In this document: one piece after another, positions 49,058 through 61,239 of the stretch
Position numbering within the stretch: the stretch's first letter is position 1
Layout of the letters: every line of letters starts with the position of its first letter
Source: Takakia lepidozioides
Lineage: Eukaryota; Plantae; Bryophyta
Assembly: GCA_030704615.1 (NCBI GenBank)
Contig: CM060732.1
Coordinates: 61,814,001 to 61,878,000 of the forward strand
Length of the DNA: 64,000 nt
Reading direction: 5' to 3'
The notes under the pieces: model-generated
What the model was told of the DNA's origin: nothing
Databases searched by the model: none
The model's input: only the letters and a program-made list of their open reading frames with translations
Made by a program: the position numbers and the translations under genes

Positions 49058-50630
49058 TGTCTTGATCTTCTTGGCCGATCTACTTCAGCTTGATCCTCTT
49101 CTCTTTTTAGCGGCTTAGTCTTAGTTTGTGGATGGTGACTCTTGGGGTCCTAGGCTTGACCTTGCTAGGACTTAGAAACATTTCAGTTTCATGGCATATC
49201 ACCATCTGTACTCCCTACATGGTTTTCCTAGCCAAGGGTTTTGTCCTCGGCCCAACTTGCAGGTGCCAGGTTTTCCTTGGTAGGTTTTTCACCCAACAAT
49301 GGAGGGTGATATTTCCTATTATTTGTTTTCCTTCGCGGAGCTCAGGATTTTTCGTGGGGGGTAAGCTTCACAGATGTAAAGCCCCATATTTGCTTAGCCT
49401 AGAAATGACCCGTTTCATCCAAATGGCGATACACATCCATAGTATATTTTTTTGGCGTATAAAGCCGTTAAACCGTTACAATGATATCTAGGTTAGGGTT
49501 AGTTTTGGGCTGGTGGCGACATCATGGCCCTTCATCAGATCTAGGGCTACAAGGCGGCGCCGTGGGCTTTGGCTTGTGACGCCTCGCCAAGCGGCGGGCC
49601 ACTAAAACTAGGGCTTTTGTATAAAGACGGCGCCCTGACACAAGGTCAGGGCGGTGTACTGGGGTATTAGTGTATATGTGATTTTGGTGTACAAGCTTTG
49701 GATGAGAGCTCCTATGTGTCAGATCCTCCTGCTTGATCCTCCTCTCGCGCATTGCCTGCTTTTTCCGCTTGCCCCTTTGTTGTGAAAACGTGTTTCTTGA
49801 GAGGAAGGGAGTATATGCTACAGGCTCGTATTGAAGGCTTCACATGCTACAATATCTTTCAGAAAATAATTTAAGCTCGGGACCAGCTAGGATTTGCGTC
49901 GCATTACCAAAACCAGTGGGCTGTCTTTCCGGACAATCTGCCAGTTGCGTGAGGTGGGTCCAAAGTCGCTGAAAGAAATATTTCATTGCGGAATGTTTTT
50001 ATGGCTTGCACCAACCACCAGGGCTGTTTATCAGTAACGAAGATGCCAACACAGTTGAACTCCCGTTAGGTGCCTTCAGGTGGGACGGCAACGTTCACTG
50101 CATTGCAGGATGATCTGTGGGTTGGGTCTAAGGTAAACTTTCGGGTCAGCAAAGATTGGAGCACTACAGGCGTCTTACTGCTTGGAAGGTGCGTGATTAG
50201 AAATGTTCAGGCTCATTGGGTACTAGAGAGACGATTTGGGATGGCAGTCTCACACGGAGAGAACGCGAATCACTAGCATAGCCAACTGCATCATCTCAGT
50301 TTGGATCTTTCTCGTGTGATTACCTCAGCATCAACAAATCAGGTGGAGTACAAAGGACATGTAGCGATTCATCAGGTAAAGTATCCTGTAAAATAGTCCC
50401 TATTGTATCTGACAATAATCGCGGTTGCTTCTGTCGCAAAACGTACTAAGACTCAGATTCGAAAATCAAGTCAGTATGGCTCGGAAATTTGGCAAGAGCT
50501 CAGCAAATTTCTCGAGCTGTTGGAAGTTGTGGGGAAAGATTAAAAACAAACAGCGATCCCATTGATACCAATGCATCTCTAATTTCTGTCAACGGGTACC
50601 CTGGCCCACGTGTCGGTGTGTTTCAGCGCT

Positions 50631-50762
50631 CCTAGGCCGCAACGGTCGAGACTGCTATCTCTACTTGAAAGAATGCACAAGGGTGTTGATAATCGTAACA
50701 CCTTAGAAGTTTGACTAGGCCGCAACGGTCGAGACCGCTATCTCTACTTGAAAGAATGCACG
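50631..50762. repeat. Short direct repeat (two copies, ~85-bp spacing)
   Basis: CTAGGCCGCAACGGTCGAGAC(T/C)GCTATCTCTACTTGAAAGAATGCAC occurs twice. Confidence 0.85.
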
Positions 50763-51266
50763 AGAAGGACGTTGATAACATTTATTCCCTAGCACGTCGT
50801 GACCCTGTGCGCTACCACGACAGTGGAAGTTCCACATTTTCCAGCACAAAATCAAAAGCGTCTGCGATCGAATTCGAAGATTGATCGGCATGTGAGCAGA
50901 AACCCTTGTGCATGAAAAGCTGTTGGAATCGAGAAGATGTAACTATGAACAGATGGATACTCTGGCCAATGCTGCCTTGGCATTTATTCAGGTTGGAAAA
51001 AAAATAGGGGCTAGCTACATCTCAAGATCAAAAGCGGCGAAGTCTGCAGACAAATATCTACATGATCGGCATGATCAGCAGACCACTTAATTCTGCCAGT
51101 CAATTGTTGCATTACAAATTATAAGAGAAGCTGATAGCCTGATCAGAATCGGTGTTTACTGTGCTATGCTAGAATGTATAGACTTACAGACGTGATTAAA
51201 GGTAGTTCAGTTCATCTCAAATTCCGTCGGGCCACTTTTGCGTGCAATGTCAAAATTTGTGTGCAT

Positions 51267-51929
51267 CTACCCACAGTTCTTGGACAGCAGCTGCCCGACC
51301 CCCGACCCCGAGTTTGTGGTCACCTTCACTTCACATTTCTCGTGCACCCAAAAGGAGAAAGACTTATATGACCCAATCTTGACACGCGCTTTCACGTCCA
51401 CTTTAACATACAATGGAACGTTGTCATTGGCGATTGCCGATTGAAGTGAGTTTCCCACATACACCGGCAGCAGAACGTTTTGGGCCTTCAGCTCTGAAGT
51501 CAGTATCGTTGAGTTTTTGTGACCCTGGTAGAAAGCGGGAACATGGCTTGTCCCCAAAGTGTCACCATCATAGGAAGTGTAAACGTTGATCTCATCGTAC
51601 AGGATCCCAATCTTCTTGTTCGGATTTCGGGCTTCCACGGTGTAAGCTATGTCAGCATTCAAAATATGTTGCTGTGAGTTGAGCGAAGAGAGACTGCCGT
51701 CACTTAGACTGCTAGAGTCCTGCAAATTGAAAGTAATGACCTGGACATCTTGCAGATAGTAGTGAGGGGACTTGGGGCGCAGAACTAGCCAGATAACCAA
51801 TGCTGCAAAGCCTAAGAGAATAATCAAGGTCACAAGAAGAGAGCAACACCCTCCGAAGCAGAGAAAACAGGATCTCCTGAAACGGTGATGGCGAGAGTAG
51901 GTGCCAGGTGGTGGGAGATCTCCCTTCAT
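51267..51929 (-). CDS. NDR1/HIN1-like (LEA_2 domain) membrane protein
   Basis: Intronless 220-aa ORF; Cys-rich segment, TM helix ending WLVLRPKSP, ARNPNKKIGILYD, PAFYQGHKN, C-terminal C-x-V...C. Confidence 0.92.
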   Translation of the reverse strand: MKGDLPPPGTYSRHHRFRRSCFLCFGGCCSLLVTLIILLGFAALVIWLVLRPKSPHYYLQDVQVITFNLQDSSSLSDGSLSSLNSQQHILNADIAYTVEARNPNKKIGILYDEINVYTSYDGDTLGTSHVPAFYQGHKNSTILTSELKAQNVLLPVYVGNSLQSAIANDNVPLYVKVDVKARVKIGSYKSFSFWVHEKCEVKVTTNSGSGVGQLLSKNCG

Positions 51930-54269
51930 GCTGCGCCTTCTTCTAACAGCGTAAGAGAGCTCTAAAAGCTACCTCGACCAAACTCAAACGTCCTCACCAG
52001 TAGTGGATACAAGACAGCTCAAGACACACAGAGAGGGAGCTGGACACAATTCACATCAGCTTCGGAAACGGAACAACCCCAAGAGAGGAAGGCGCTGAAC
52101 ACTCAGAGAGACAGTACTTGTCAATACATTATCATACAGCCCACCAGCAACGGTCAGTAGCATGCAACGCTCACTGACAGTGCAGACGGCCAGCGAGAAA
52201 GCGGAGAGACGATGACCGAGTCTGCGAGAAACGGGCTGCAGCTTTATACTCGCACTTATTGTCCGTCGTGGGTCCACCGTCCCAGTCACAGTTAAGTCGT
52301 GCTGAATGAATGCATCCACAACACCGTCAAATCACGTCCATCCTCCACTTTAATCGTCCGTCACCGGGCACCCGCTCATATCTGCCCATTATGCATCCAT
52401 CTACTGACACACCTACGGTTTTCATCAAGTTTAGGTCAACAGAACCGAGAGACCAGGCGGAAACTCAGGCATATCATATTTGAGATGCATAGGGTGCCTA
52501 CAGGACCGATTCGATCGGTCAACTTCCCCTAATTGAAGACTGTACTAAATTGTTGATTGTAATGCACAATTGGAGAATCTCTTTCTACACTCTGTTCAGT
52601 ATCTGGAGATCTCCTCTTCTCTGTAAAACAGTTGGCAGGAGATCAGGAAATGGAGCTGCAAGTTGGGTCGGATATGTGAGAATGCATGCAAAAGTTTAAT
52701 GGCCGCCTTGTAGTGTCTGTACATCACAGTGAACGTCATGAAGCTGAACTTGTTTGCTCGGTTCTGATTCCAGAGAGCCCCAGAAACAGTGAACGCTTGC
52801 GGGGATATAACCTGCAAGTACTGAGATAAAGAGAGACAGCCTGCAGGGGGCCTGAGTGAAAGAGAGACAAAGAGTCTCGATCGATGGGAGGGAGTTTCTT
52901 GCCTGTGAATTGAAGAAACTGTGCCGAGTCTTTGAACAATAGACAGGCTCCATTGTCGCCGATGACGTTGAAACTGACCTCTGAGTCAAGCGCCTGCCAG
53001 CTGGAGCTCCATAGAGACTTGATTAAAGAAGAAAAATCGTTGTTTCCAAGTCGTATTAAGTTGCTGGAGATTTTCATACAGTGACACTAGTCGTACCGTG
53101 AATCATAAGCAGTCCTTCGAATTCCGGAACCGTCTTGCACGGACTCGAGTTCATTCTCCACCACCACCATATACTGATGTTCATCCAATTCCGATCCGCA
53201 GATTTTGTAGTCTCGGAAGGGGCTGTTCGATGGCGTGCTACCTTGGTTTGTTGTCCATTGGAGCCCGCTGCTTTGTAAGTGTGTACAATGGAGTGATGCA
53301 CAATGAACCAGGAAGAGCCAGGGTATGGACACAAACAATAGCTGTACAGGTAGCTAGAGCCGCCATTTGATGTCTTGTTTTGCTAGTAGTGAGGGGTCGG
53401 AGATAGAGAGAAATGAGGGAGAGAAAGGAAGGTAATTTGATTGATACTTGAAGTAACTGATCTTCTCTTCAGAAGGAGAGTGTTAATCTCACAAACAAAC
53501 CCACTACAATAGAACTTAGGGATGTCTATATCTCGTCTGTATGAAGTACATTATGCAGACATTGGCCTGTCCGAATATGGGCCATGGTCGGGTCTGACAC
53601 CATAACCAGGCATCTGAAAGTGAAGCCTTTGGAAGATCTGAGCCAACTCTTCAGTTCTGCGTTTGGATCTGATGCAATTCAGATATATGTCAACCGACTG
53701 TTGTCTGATCTATGTTGATGAGGTAACATTCGCGTGAATGCTTTGAGGGACTTTTTGTGGAATATTGGCAGACATTGAGCGGAGAGCCATAGAAAAGTAC
53801 GACCTCACCACGGATCTCTTTCTAATGCGCTTCATAGAAATCTGGGAACTGTTTCAGAGTTTATTCATGACCTTATACACCATGGCCCAGAACACCAGGA
53901 ATCCTTAAATTGCCCAATCATCCTTCGAGCGATTAGTATGTTCTATGCAGGACTGGGTAGCTAGCCATAGTTCGGTGAACTATGTCAACCCACTGCGTCA
54001 CCACCATCCCCAAGAAGGACCCACGTGATTGATCGAGGCTTACACACCGATATTGCTCAGCTAGGGGCGGTCCAAAGCCTCCAAGCGACGTACGAACATA
54101 TCTCTTCGGAATTGGAGAGTGAGTGGAAGGAGCACGATATACAGCACGGGGTTAAGTTCTTGAAAGGATAACTACGTACACAATGTCAATGTATAATTTG
54201 GAGCCAGAAGCGGGATCCAAGTCGCCCTGTAAACCATCTTATAAACCAAATCAAATTTTCTATGTGAAC

Positions 54270-54878
54270 TCATATTATGAAACGACACGTCTTTCCTGCA
54301 ACTGCAGGTCCCCCGGGATTGGACGGGGAAGTCACATTCAGGCCACAAGTCACATGAACCCAAAACGCAAAAGATCGATACATTGCAATCCGCAACCGAA
54401 TTTCAACTGCAACTTGGACCTGTAGTGGAATGTTATTGTTTTGGATGTCGGTCTGCAGGGAAGTCGCTTCGCTTTGTGGGAGTGTATAGTTCACAACCTG
54501 TAGCTCCGTGGTCAATGTTGTGATGTTTTGGAACCCTTGATAAAAGGAAGGAATCGTGCAACGTCCAAAATCATCGCCTGCATAAATCATGTCAATGTCG
54601 ATGGTGTCATACTCCAGACCGATTCTCGTGTTGGGATTTGTCGCAGTCACCGTAAGAACAACATCCATACTCAGCATCGTCGAAGCCGTTGCCAAACTAG
54701 CTTGGGTTGTAGCATTGCTGGTGAGGTTGAAAGCATTGAATTGAAAGCTATCCATGCTGTATTTCGGGATCTTGGGGTGCAACACTTGCCATATCACTAA
54801 CACAGCAATGCCAAGAATCACGACTACGAACGAAAATATGGAACAACACCAATAGAAGTAGCACTTGCAAAGCGCCAT
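54270..54878 (-). CDS. NDR1/HIN1-like (LEA_2 domain) membrane protein, paralogue
   Basis: WQVLHPKIP, ATNPNTRIGLEYD, PSFYQG, SFAFWVHVTC. Start uncertain (first ATG 54878; ORF open from 54902). Confidence 0.88.
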   Translation of the reverse strand: MALCKCYFYWCCSIFSFVVVILGIAVLVIWQVLHPKIPKYSMDSFQFNAFNLTSNATTQASLATASTMLSMDVVLTVTATNPNTRIGLEYDTIDIDMIYAGDDFGRCTIPSFYQGFQNITTLTTELQVVNYTLPQSEATSLQTDIQNNNIPLQVQVAVEIRLRIAMYRSFAFWVHVTCGLNVTSPSNPGGPAVAGKTCRFII

Positions 54879-57800
54879 TACGCTCCGCCCGATCAAACTC
54901 AAAATTCAAGTGTAACTTGCAATGACGGGGAAGAAGACGATGATGTCCTCCAGGACCCTTTGAACACCGGTCGCCATATATGTCCTCGATGCTTCTTCTT
55001 TCCAGTGGAACTTACTGCAACATTTGCATGCAAGTTTATGTCACGATGGATTATTGTAGTGGGTTCGATGAGTGGATGACCAAAGGGACAAGAGGGGATG
55101 AAGGATGGATCGCTACATTAACTCAGTTTTCATCTGCTATGGAAATTCTCATGTAGTACTTAATTAAAGGGTACGACTAATTGGACCTCTGACCTGTTCT
55201 TCTGATCCAGGCTTCCATGCTTCACAACCCAGGTCACAGAAGGAGGAAAGAGATGAAGAGACCAGGTTTAATCGGCCGACCAGCTACAAGCTTTATTAAT
55301 AAGCAAGAATTCAGTATTCCTTATCCGAAGTTGTAGCAAGATTGGAGATCGGTTATAAGAAGACGACGGACTGACATGGCATGTACAATCTTCTTATTTC
55401 ACTGAATTAGACCTCAGATCTTCTGGAGAGACAAAGAGGTTTTGTGGAAGGTATTTAGACTCCCAAATTGGAATGGTGGGGATGAAGGTATCATCAAAGA
55501 CTTCTTCATGAAAAAACTCTAAGCTGTACTGATTTCCAAGCCCACCACAAGTGTTTGCAAGGAGACTAGGTTGAGAAGGTTACCGCTATTCCTGTTAGAT
55601 CATAATATAATTGGGGAGCCCGATGGAACTGGTTGGCATGACTGATAGTGATACAGGGGGCAGAGCTCTTAGAGCTGTTGCATCCCTCAAGCTTCATCGA
55701 TCCTTACAAGTCTAGCGATGAGGATGAATATAAATCCAGATTTCAACTGCAAGAAAACAATCGTCCTATTCATAATGGGAAGGAAAAATGTGGGTCACCG
55801 AGCTTATAAATTGATGGAAAAGCCCCAAGGGCTTTGACAAGGAGATCACACAAACCAACCAGAATCTGAGGGGCTTTGGTCCAACTGGGACTAATCCTCA
55901 AGTCTTCCATCGGCAAGCAGTACATTCAGCCCAACAGGTGTGATCATATTCACACTACATTTCGTGAGCGACAGTGTACACAATATGTATAACGTATTGT
56001 TCTAAATTCTTCTATATGTGCATTTGAATAAGAAGGATCAGATTTGTATCATGAAGTCTAGATTTTTAGGTTCTACAGCTCAGCTTCTTCTTTACAACAA
56101 ATGCAAGAGTCATGACGAAGTTTTCTAGCACTTAGTAACATACTCCTTAAAGTAGATAGAGGTTCTAGATCATTTGGGCCGGTGATCTGATAGTCTTTCT
56201 CCTGGCCAAGCTCTCTTTCCAAATGGTCATTGTGCAGGTTGAATTGGTAGTGTATTGATTGAGGACTCGTCTCCAACTTTTCTGCAATAATGGTTTTGTG
56301 TTTTTCATATATAGTGAATAATGTTGATATATATATATATCTCTCTCTATATATTGTTTTTTTTTTTTTTTGGCAGAACAGTGGACAGTGTCCCTGGAAT
56401 ATAAATGATTATATCGACTGTTAACTATCAATTAAACTATATTTATATACCAAGAGGGACAGATTCTCTTAGAACTTTATTAATAGAGGGGAATAAAATA
56501 TTCATTCTGATAAATTTAAATGAAAAATAAGTACTTCAATAAAGTAGGTATTACAAAATCCTGACCAGTTAGCGAGAGAATCTATAAATATCATAAAATA
56601 TATCAGTAGACATTGATCTAAAGTGCCACTATTATAAAATAAAGAAGATGTTCGGAAATAGGTTTTCTTAAAAATAGACTATTGTATCTATCGAAATATA
56701 AAAATATAGATTATGAGTCTTAATAATACATACATATTCTTAATAACTTACGTGATCGAGGCATAAACTTTAAATTTTGTCATTCTAAATCATATTCTGC
56801 AGATTGTCGTTTATTATTTACATGTCAATTCATACTTTTATATTTTTGAGACCTAAAACAACATGAAGGAAAGCTCAACTTCAGTTAGTAATTAGTCCTG
56901 GAGGACACAATATAGATATGTATCTTTTCTTCCCAGGTTTGTAATAAGGCAACCATTTTTGCTTATGCTCAATACATGGTTGAAATTACTGATAAGATGA
57001 AGAAATTCTCATCAATAGTTGCATCAACCTTAATCATAGTCCAAAATATATCTTACATAACTTTAATAGAGTTTCCATCAAATTATTATATATTTGAGAC
57101 GATTTTCTAATCATGCATTCTTAATTTTTCTATCAATTTTGTGGTTTGTGAATTACAAAGTATGACAATAAAACATACAAGTACAGTCATTTTTCCACAT
57201 GTATATAAATGCGTATGAGAGAGAGAAAGAAATATGATGATTCAAATCTGCTACTCATTTGCATGACCTAACTACTTCCAACTAACAACTTTAAGATTTA
57301 CATTTTCATGCAGATAGGATTTAAACCATCCACCGTCATTACTATTAGATTGCTTCTTTAATATTAATATGTATGTGAATGTGTGATTTAACCTTGGCAT
57401 TTTGCAGACAATCATTCTAGTCTCCCACTCGATGAGCATGTGGGAAAAGAGGCTTCTAGACAAGCGTGTAGTCCACGGATACACATATATATGTAAGCAG
57501 ATGTTGGGTCCTTCTCATTTGGCCTACACAGTAACTAATATATCACATGGCCCATTCCATCTACGGAGAGACAAGTATGCCGTTTATTATTACTAATAAA
57601 TAAGGCAGTTAGTTAAGAGCAATGGAAGAGAAGAAGCAGAAGTACATGACAAGATGGATGAAGTTCTATTGGTTGATGGTATTACATGATTCCATCAGAA
57701 AAGAACATGCAATATCTACTCAATTGCAGAAGCGAACTTGTCCCGCCTAGACGAGATCAAATCCCGACATTTGTCAAAATAAACGATTTCGAGACTAGGT

Positions 57801-58389
57801 ATTCGTGGAACCACCCCAAGAGAGAGAGGATCTGAACTGGATGAAGTTTAAACGAGTTAGACTATGGGAGTACCGATCAATGAACATTAACAAGGAGATA
57901 GATCAATTGGGCAACAAGGATCTCCTAATAGTGTTATGCATTTTGAGTTTTTTTTTGTGGTTTTATTGTTGCCATAAATCTGCCTCTAGTGGCCTTTCCA
58001 AAGATTAATTCCCATACAATTGATATAGATGACAAATTGCATCCAAATCCATAGGGTGTTGTTGTGTGGTATGTTGATCCTCATACAAGCTTTGTATTGG
58101 AGTATATAACATTCCTCAAGTTTGGACTTGTTAGGTGCCAACGAAACTTAGATATAACTGTGAACCAATTCGCAAGAGCAGAAGGCAACCGTTGAAGTTT
58201 CGACAACTGTTGACGGACAGCTGTAGGTGATAAATCGAGCAAGCTCATGAGTCTCAAAAGATTAGGGATTCGAGGTGTGAAGGAGGAGAACCAGGGACGA
58301 TGACAAAGAAGGCTATGCTTAAGATCTTTGGGCAAGTCTGGAATTGAAGAAGACGCACACTGATTTCAGAGATGACCTGCAAGATAAAA

Positions 58390-58961
58390 GGGACGTGTGA
58401 TATGTACAGAGAATATAGATATATAGCACGGTGCGGTGGTAGGGTGGACCAGAAATGGTATCCAATACTTTGTTGTTAGAATTCGTTGAAGTAGAGATAG
58501 TTGTTGGTTTTCCTTGCTATCAGGGACTAGAACCGTGAGCACTTTTTCTGTACATAGTCAACTTTGTAAATCAAGCAAACAGAGTGTTGATTTGGAATGA
58601 TAAAAATTAATTTTGATTCTTGTCATGGTTCAAAACTGGGCTGAATTGGACTTGTGCTACGATTGAAATCTAGTGGGACGTGTGATATGTACAGAGAATA
58701 TAGATATATAGCACAGTGCAGTGGTAGGGTGGACTGGAAATGGTATCCGATACTGTGCTGTTAGAATTCGTTGAAATAGAGATAGTTGCTGGTTTTCCTT
58801 GCTATCAAAGACCAGAACCGTGAGCACCTTTTCTATACATAGTCAACCTTTGTAAATCAAGCGAACATAGTGTTGATTTGGAATGAGAACAAATTTACTT
58901 GGATTCCTGTCATGGTTCAAAACTGGGCTGAGTTGGACTTGTGCTACGATTGAAATCTAGT
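58390..58961. repeat. Tandem duplication of a ~285-bp unit
   Basis: Units begin GGGACGTGTGATATGTACAGAG at 58390 and 58675 and both end GATTGAAATCTAGT. Confidence 0.92.
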
Positions 58962-59474
58962 GAGAGTCGTGATAAATGGTATCAGACTAGAACAGATTGT
59001 AGAATGCAGAACGCAGATCGTAGAACAGCGCAACAAATCGAAGATCGTGGAATTTCCAGAAATTGAGCCAATGAGTCGAGTTTCATTCGGTTCGGTGAGT
59101 ACGCACCCATGTGACGACCAAGATAACGAGATGGGAGGGGAACACAAGCGTTCTGACATGGCCAGCCTGCATCAATTTTCAGATCGTGAGCATGGCAGTC
59201 AGTTATTTTCCCAACCATAGATAAAGCTTTGGGGGTGATTGCAAGCTACGGTGACTACATTTCTGTGTCACAACGAGTTTTCTACAAGACATAGTTTGAT
59301 GTAATTGGGCCTTAGAGATGGATTTTTGAATGAATGATGAAATGAGACTTACTTTTATGTTTCCAACTACTACAATATGTACTTTCAAGTCTCATCACAA
59401 ACAAAGTTCATTTGTGGAAGTATTGGACTTTTCAAAAATATATACAACAGTGTTACAGTCCATAAGAAAACATT

Positions 59475-61021
59475 TTATGGACTTATTGCACTCACTATAG
59501 AAAAGAAATGTGAAAAAGATGATTCATAGATTCTAAACAATCTACGTCTCACATCATCTACTGACTTACTGACACGTTCGTGCTCTAGGTTGCCCTCACT
59601 TGCAAGGCCCTGGAAGGTCTCAACAATACTCTTTTGATAATCAATTTTTTTCTGTAAAGTCTCTCTCCTTTCAGATGCCGATTCATCACATAACACACTC
59701 TCTAACTCATCAAGCAACCCCTTCAATGTTGCCTGCGCTATACTTAGGTGGTAATTATTGTCCTCCATAAGGCTATGCGATTTGACCGCAGCCAAGTGGG
59801 TATTTTCTTTGAGTTGCTTGGTCACAACAATCTTCTCATCTGCGACATATAAAATTTTCTCTGTCAAAGCAACATAGTCTTGAAGGCTCTATGGAATAGC
59901 CTGTGGAATAGCACCTACGGTAGCACGCAATTGAAATAAATCACCATGATACCAGCAGAATGACGTAAGTGAGAGCAAATGTTAACCCTAAAGCTCAGCT
60001 TTAAGATATTTGCTCGTTTGCTCAAGGTTCGCACGCCACCTGCAGGTTTCTCAGATTTCGCTTTCATTTCACAATCGACACCATTATCTCCAATACTCAA
60101 AGCGACAGGGCTTCTGACTGAGCCTTCTTGCAACGTTGTTCTGTGTTTGTCCATTCGGCGTACATCGTCCAATTCATTTTCAATCCAATTTGCTCACAAG
60201 TCGGACTTCTCGCCATCCCACGCGATATCAAACGAAACGGTGAGACATATGGTTTTTGATGGACTACCATCCAGAGGTGTTTTGTTTTGCGAATGAGTTC
60301 AACATCGTTGATATGCATGTAGCTGTGGCCATTTTTATTGATTACCCAAACCACTTTGTCACCTCCTCCAAGGTGACGTCTCGTGATACTCTAATGCACT
60401 TGGGACTTAAACCTTCACTGCAAAGACGAAATCTCTCAGCGAAAACAGCTCGACATATAGGAGTATCGTCTCCTAAGTTTGGGATAGCAGCATATAGAGG
60501 TGCTGTAAATCCAGACTGATACTTAATATGTTGTTCGAGCTCAACTTTCACTCTCCGGCTATCATCCTGTTTAAAAATACTCGATCAAGTGGGTCGTCAG
60601 TCATCCTGCTATAGCTCCGGTACACAAGTACACACTTTACAGCATGCGTATTACTTCATTCTACCTAAGCGAGAGTCACATATCTGTACTTGCAGCAAAC
60701 TTGCAAAAACCTTCGAGTCTTCGCTGAATGTCAGATCGTGCATGCTTACATTAGAGAGAGATAAAATAATTAAGCGTGCTTAGATTAGAGACAGAGAAAA
60801 CAACATACAATCAATCGGTGACCGTCGGTGAGATGGTGCATCAGTACCCAAGAATATTCTAAAATCGCCGACAGCTGGTGAGGGTCGACGTATCGTGATT
60901 TCAAAATTGGCGCCATTATTACTGACACTGTCAATCTTAGACGGTTTTGATTTTGCAACATGGATGAATCCAACTGCTTTTGTTTTTCGTTATTTATAAA
61001 TCTTGAAAGTCTGCCAAGCAT
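59475..61021 (-). other. Possible decayed or spliced gene of unknown function
   Basis: Co-oriented ORF pieces 60785-61021, 60342-60551 and 59475-59867 (coiled-coil-like), with a plausible acceptor near 60567. No recognisable domain; in-frame stops. Confidence 0.25.
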
Positions 61022-61239
61022 GGGACTTTGGAGGAGGCCACCTTGGGACTTTTTTTAGCACCCTAGCTTGCAATCACCATTGGGCGCTTTGATTCGATCC
61101 GAAATACAGAAGCTGGCCTCTATGCAACCTCAAACAGAGAAGCAATCTCGGGAGTCGGCAGTAAGTGAACCACGTGATCAGGATGAATCTGTCGCCGATT
61201 CCCATGAGGCCAGGATGAAACGAACCAAAGACGTCACTC

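Noticed and set aside
52596-53370. Candidate small secreted-peptide gene between the NHL genes
   Set aside because: The hydrophobic frame has an upstream stop and no ATG; no known peptide motif.
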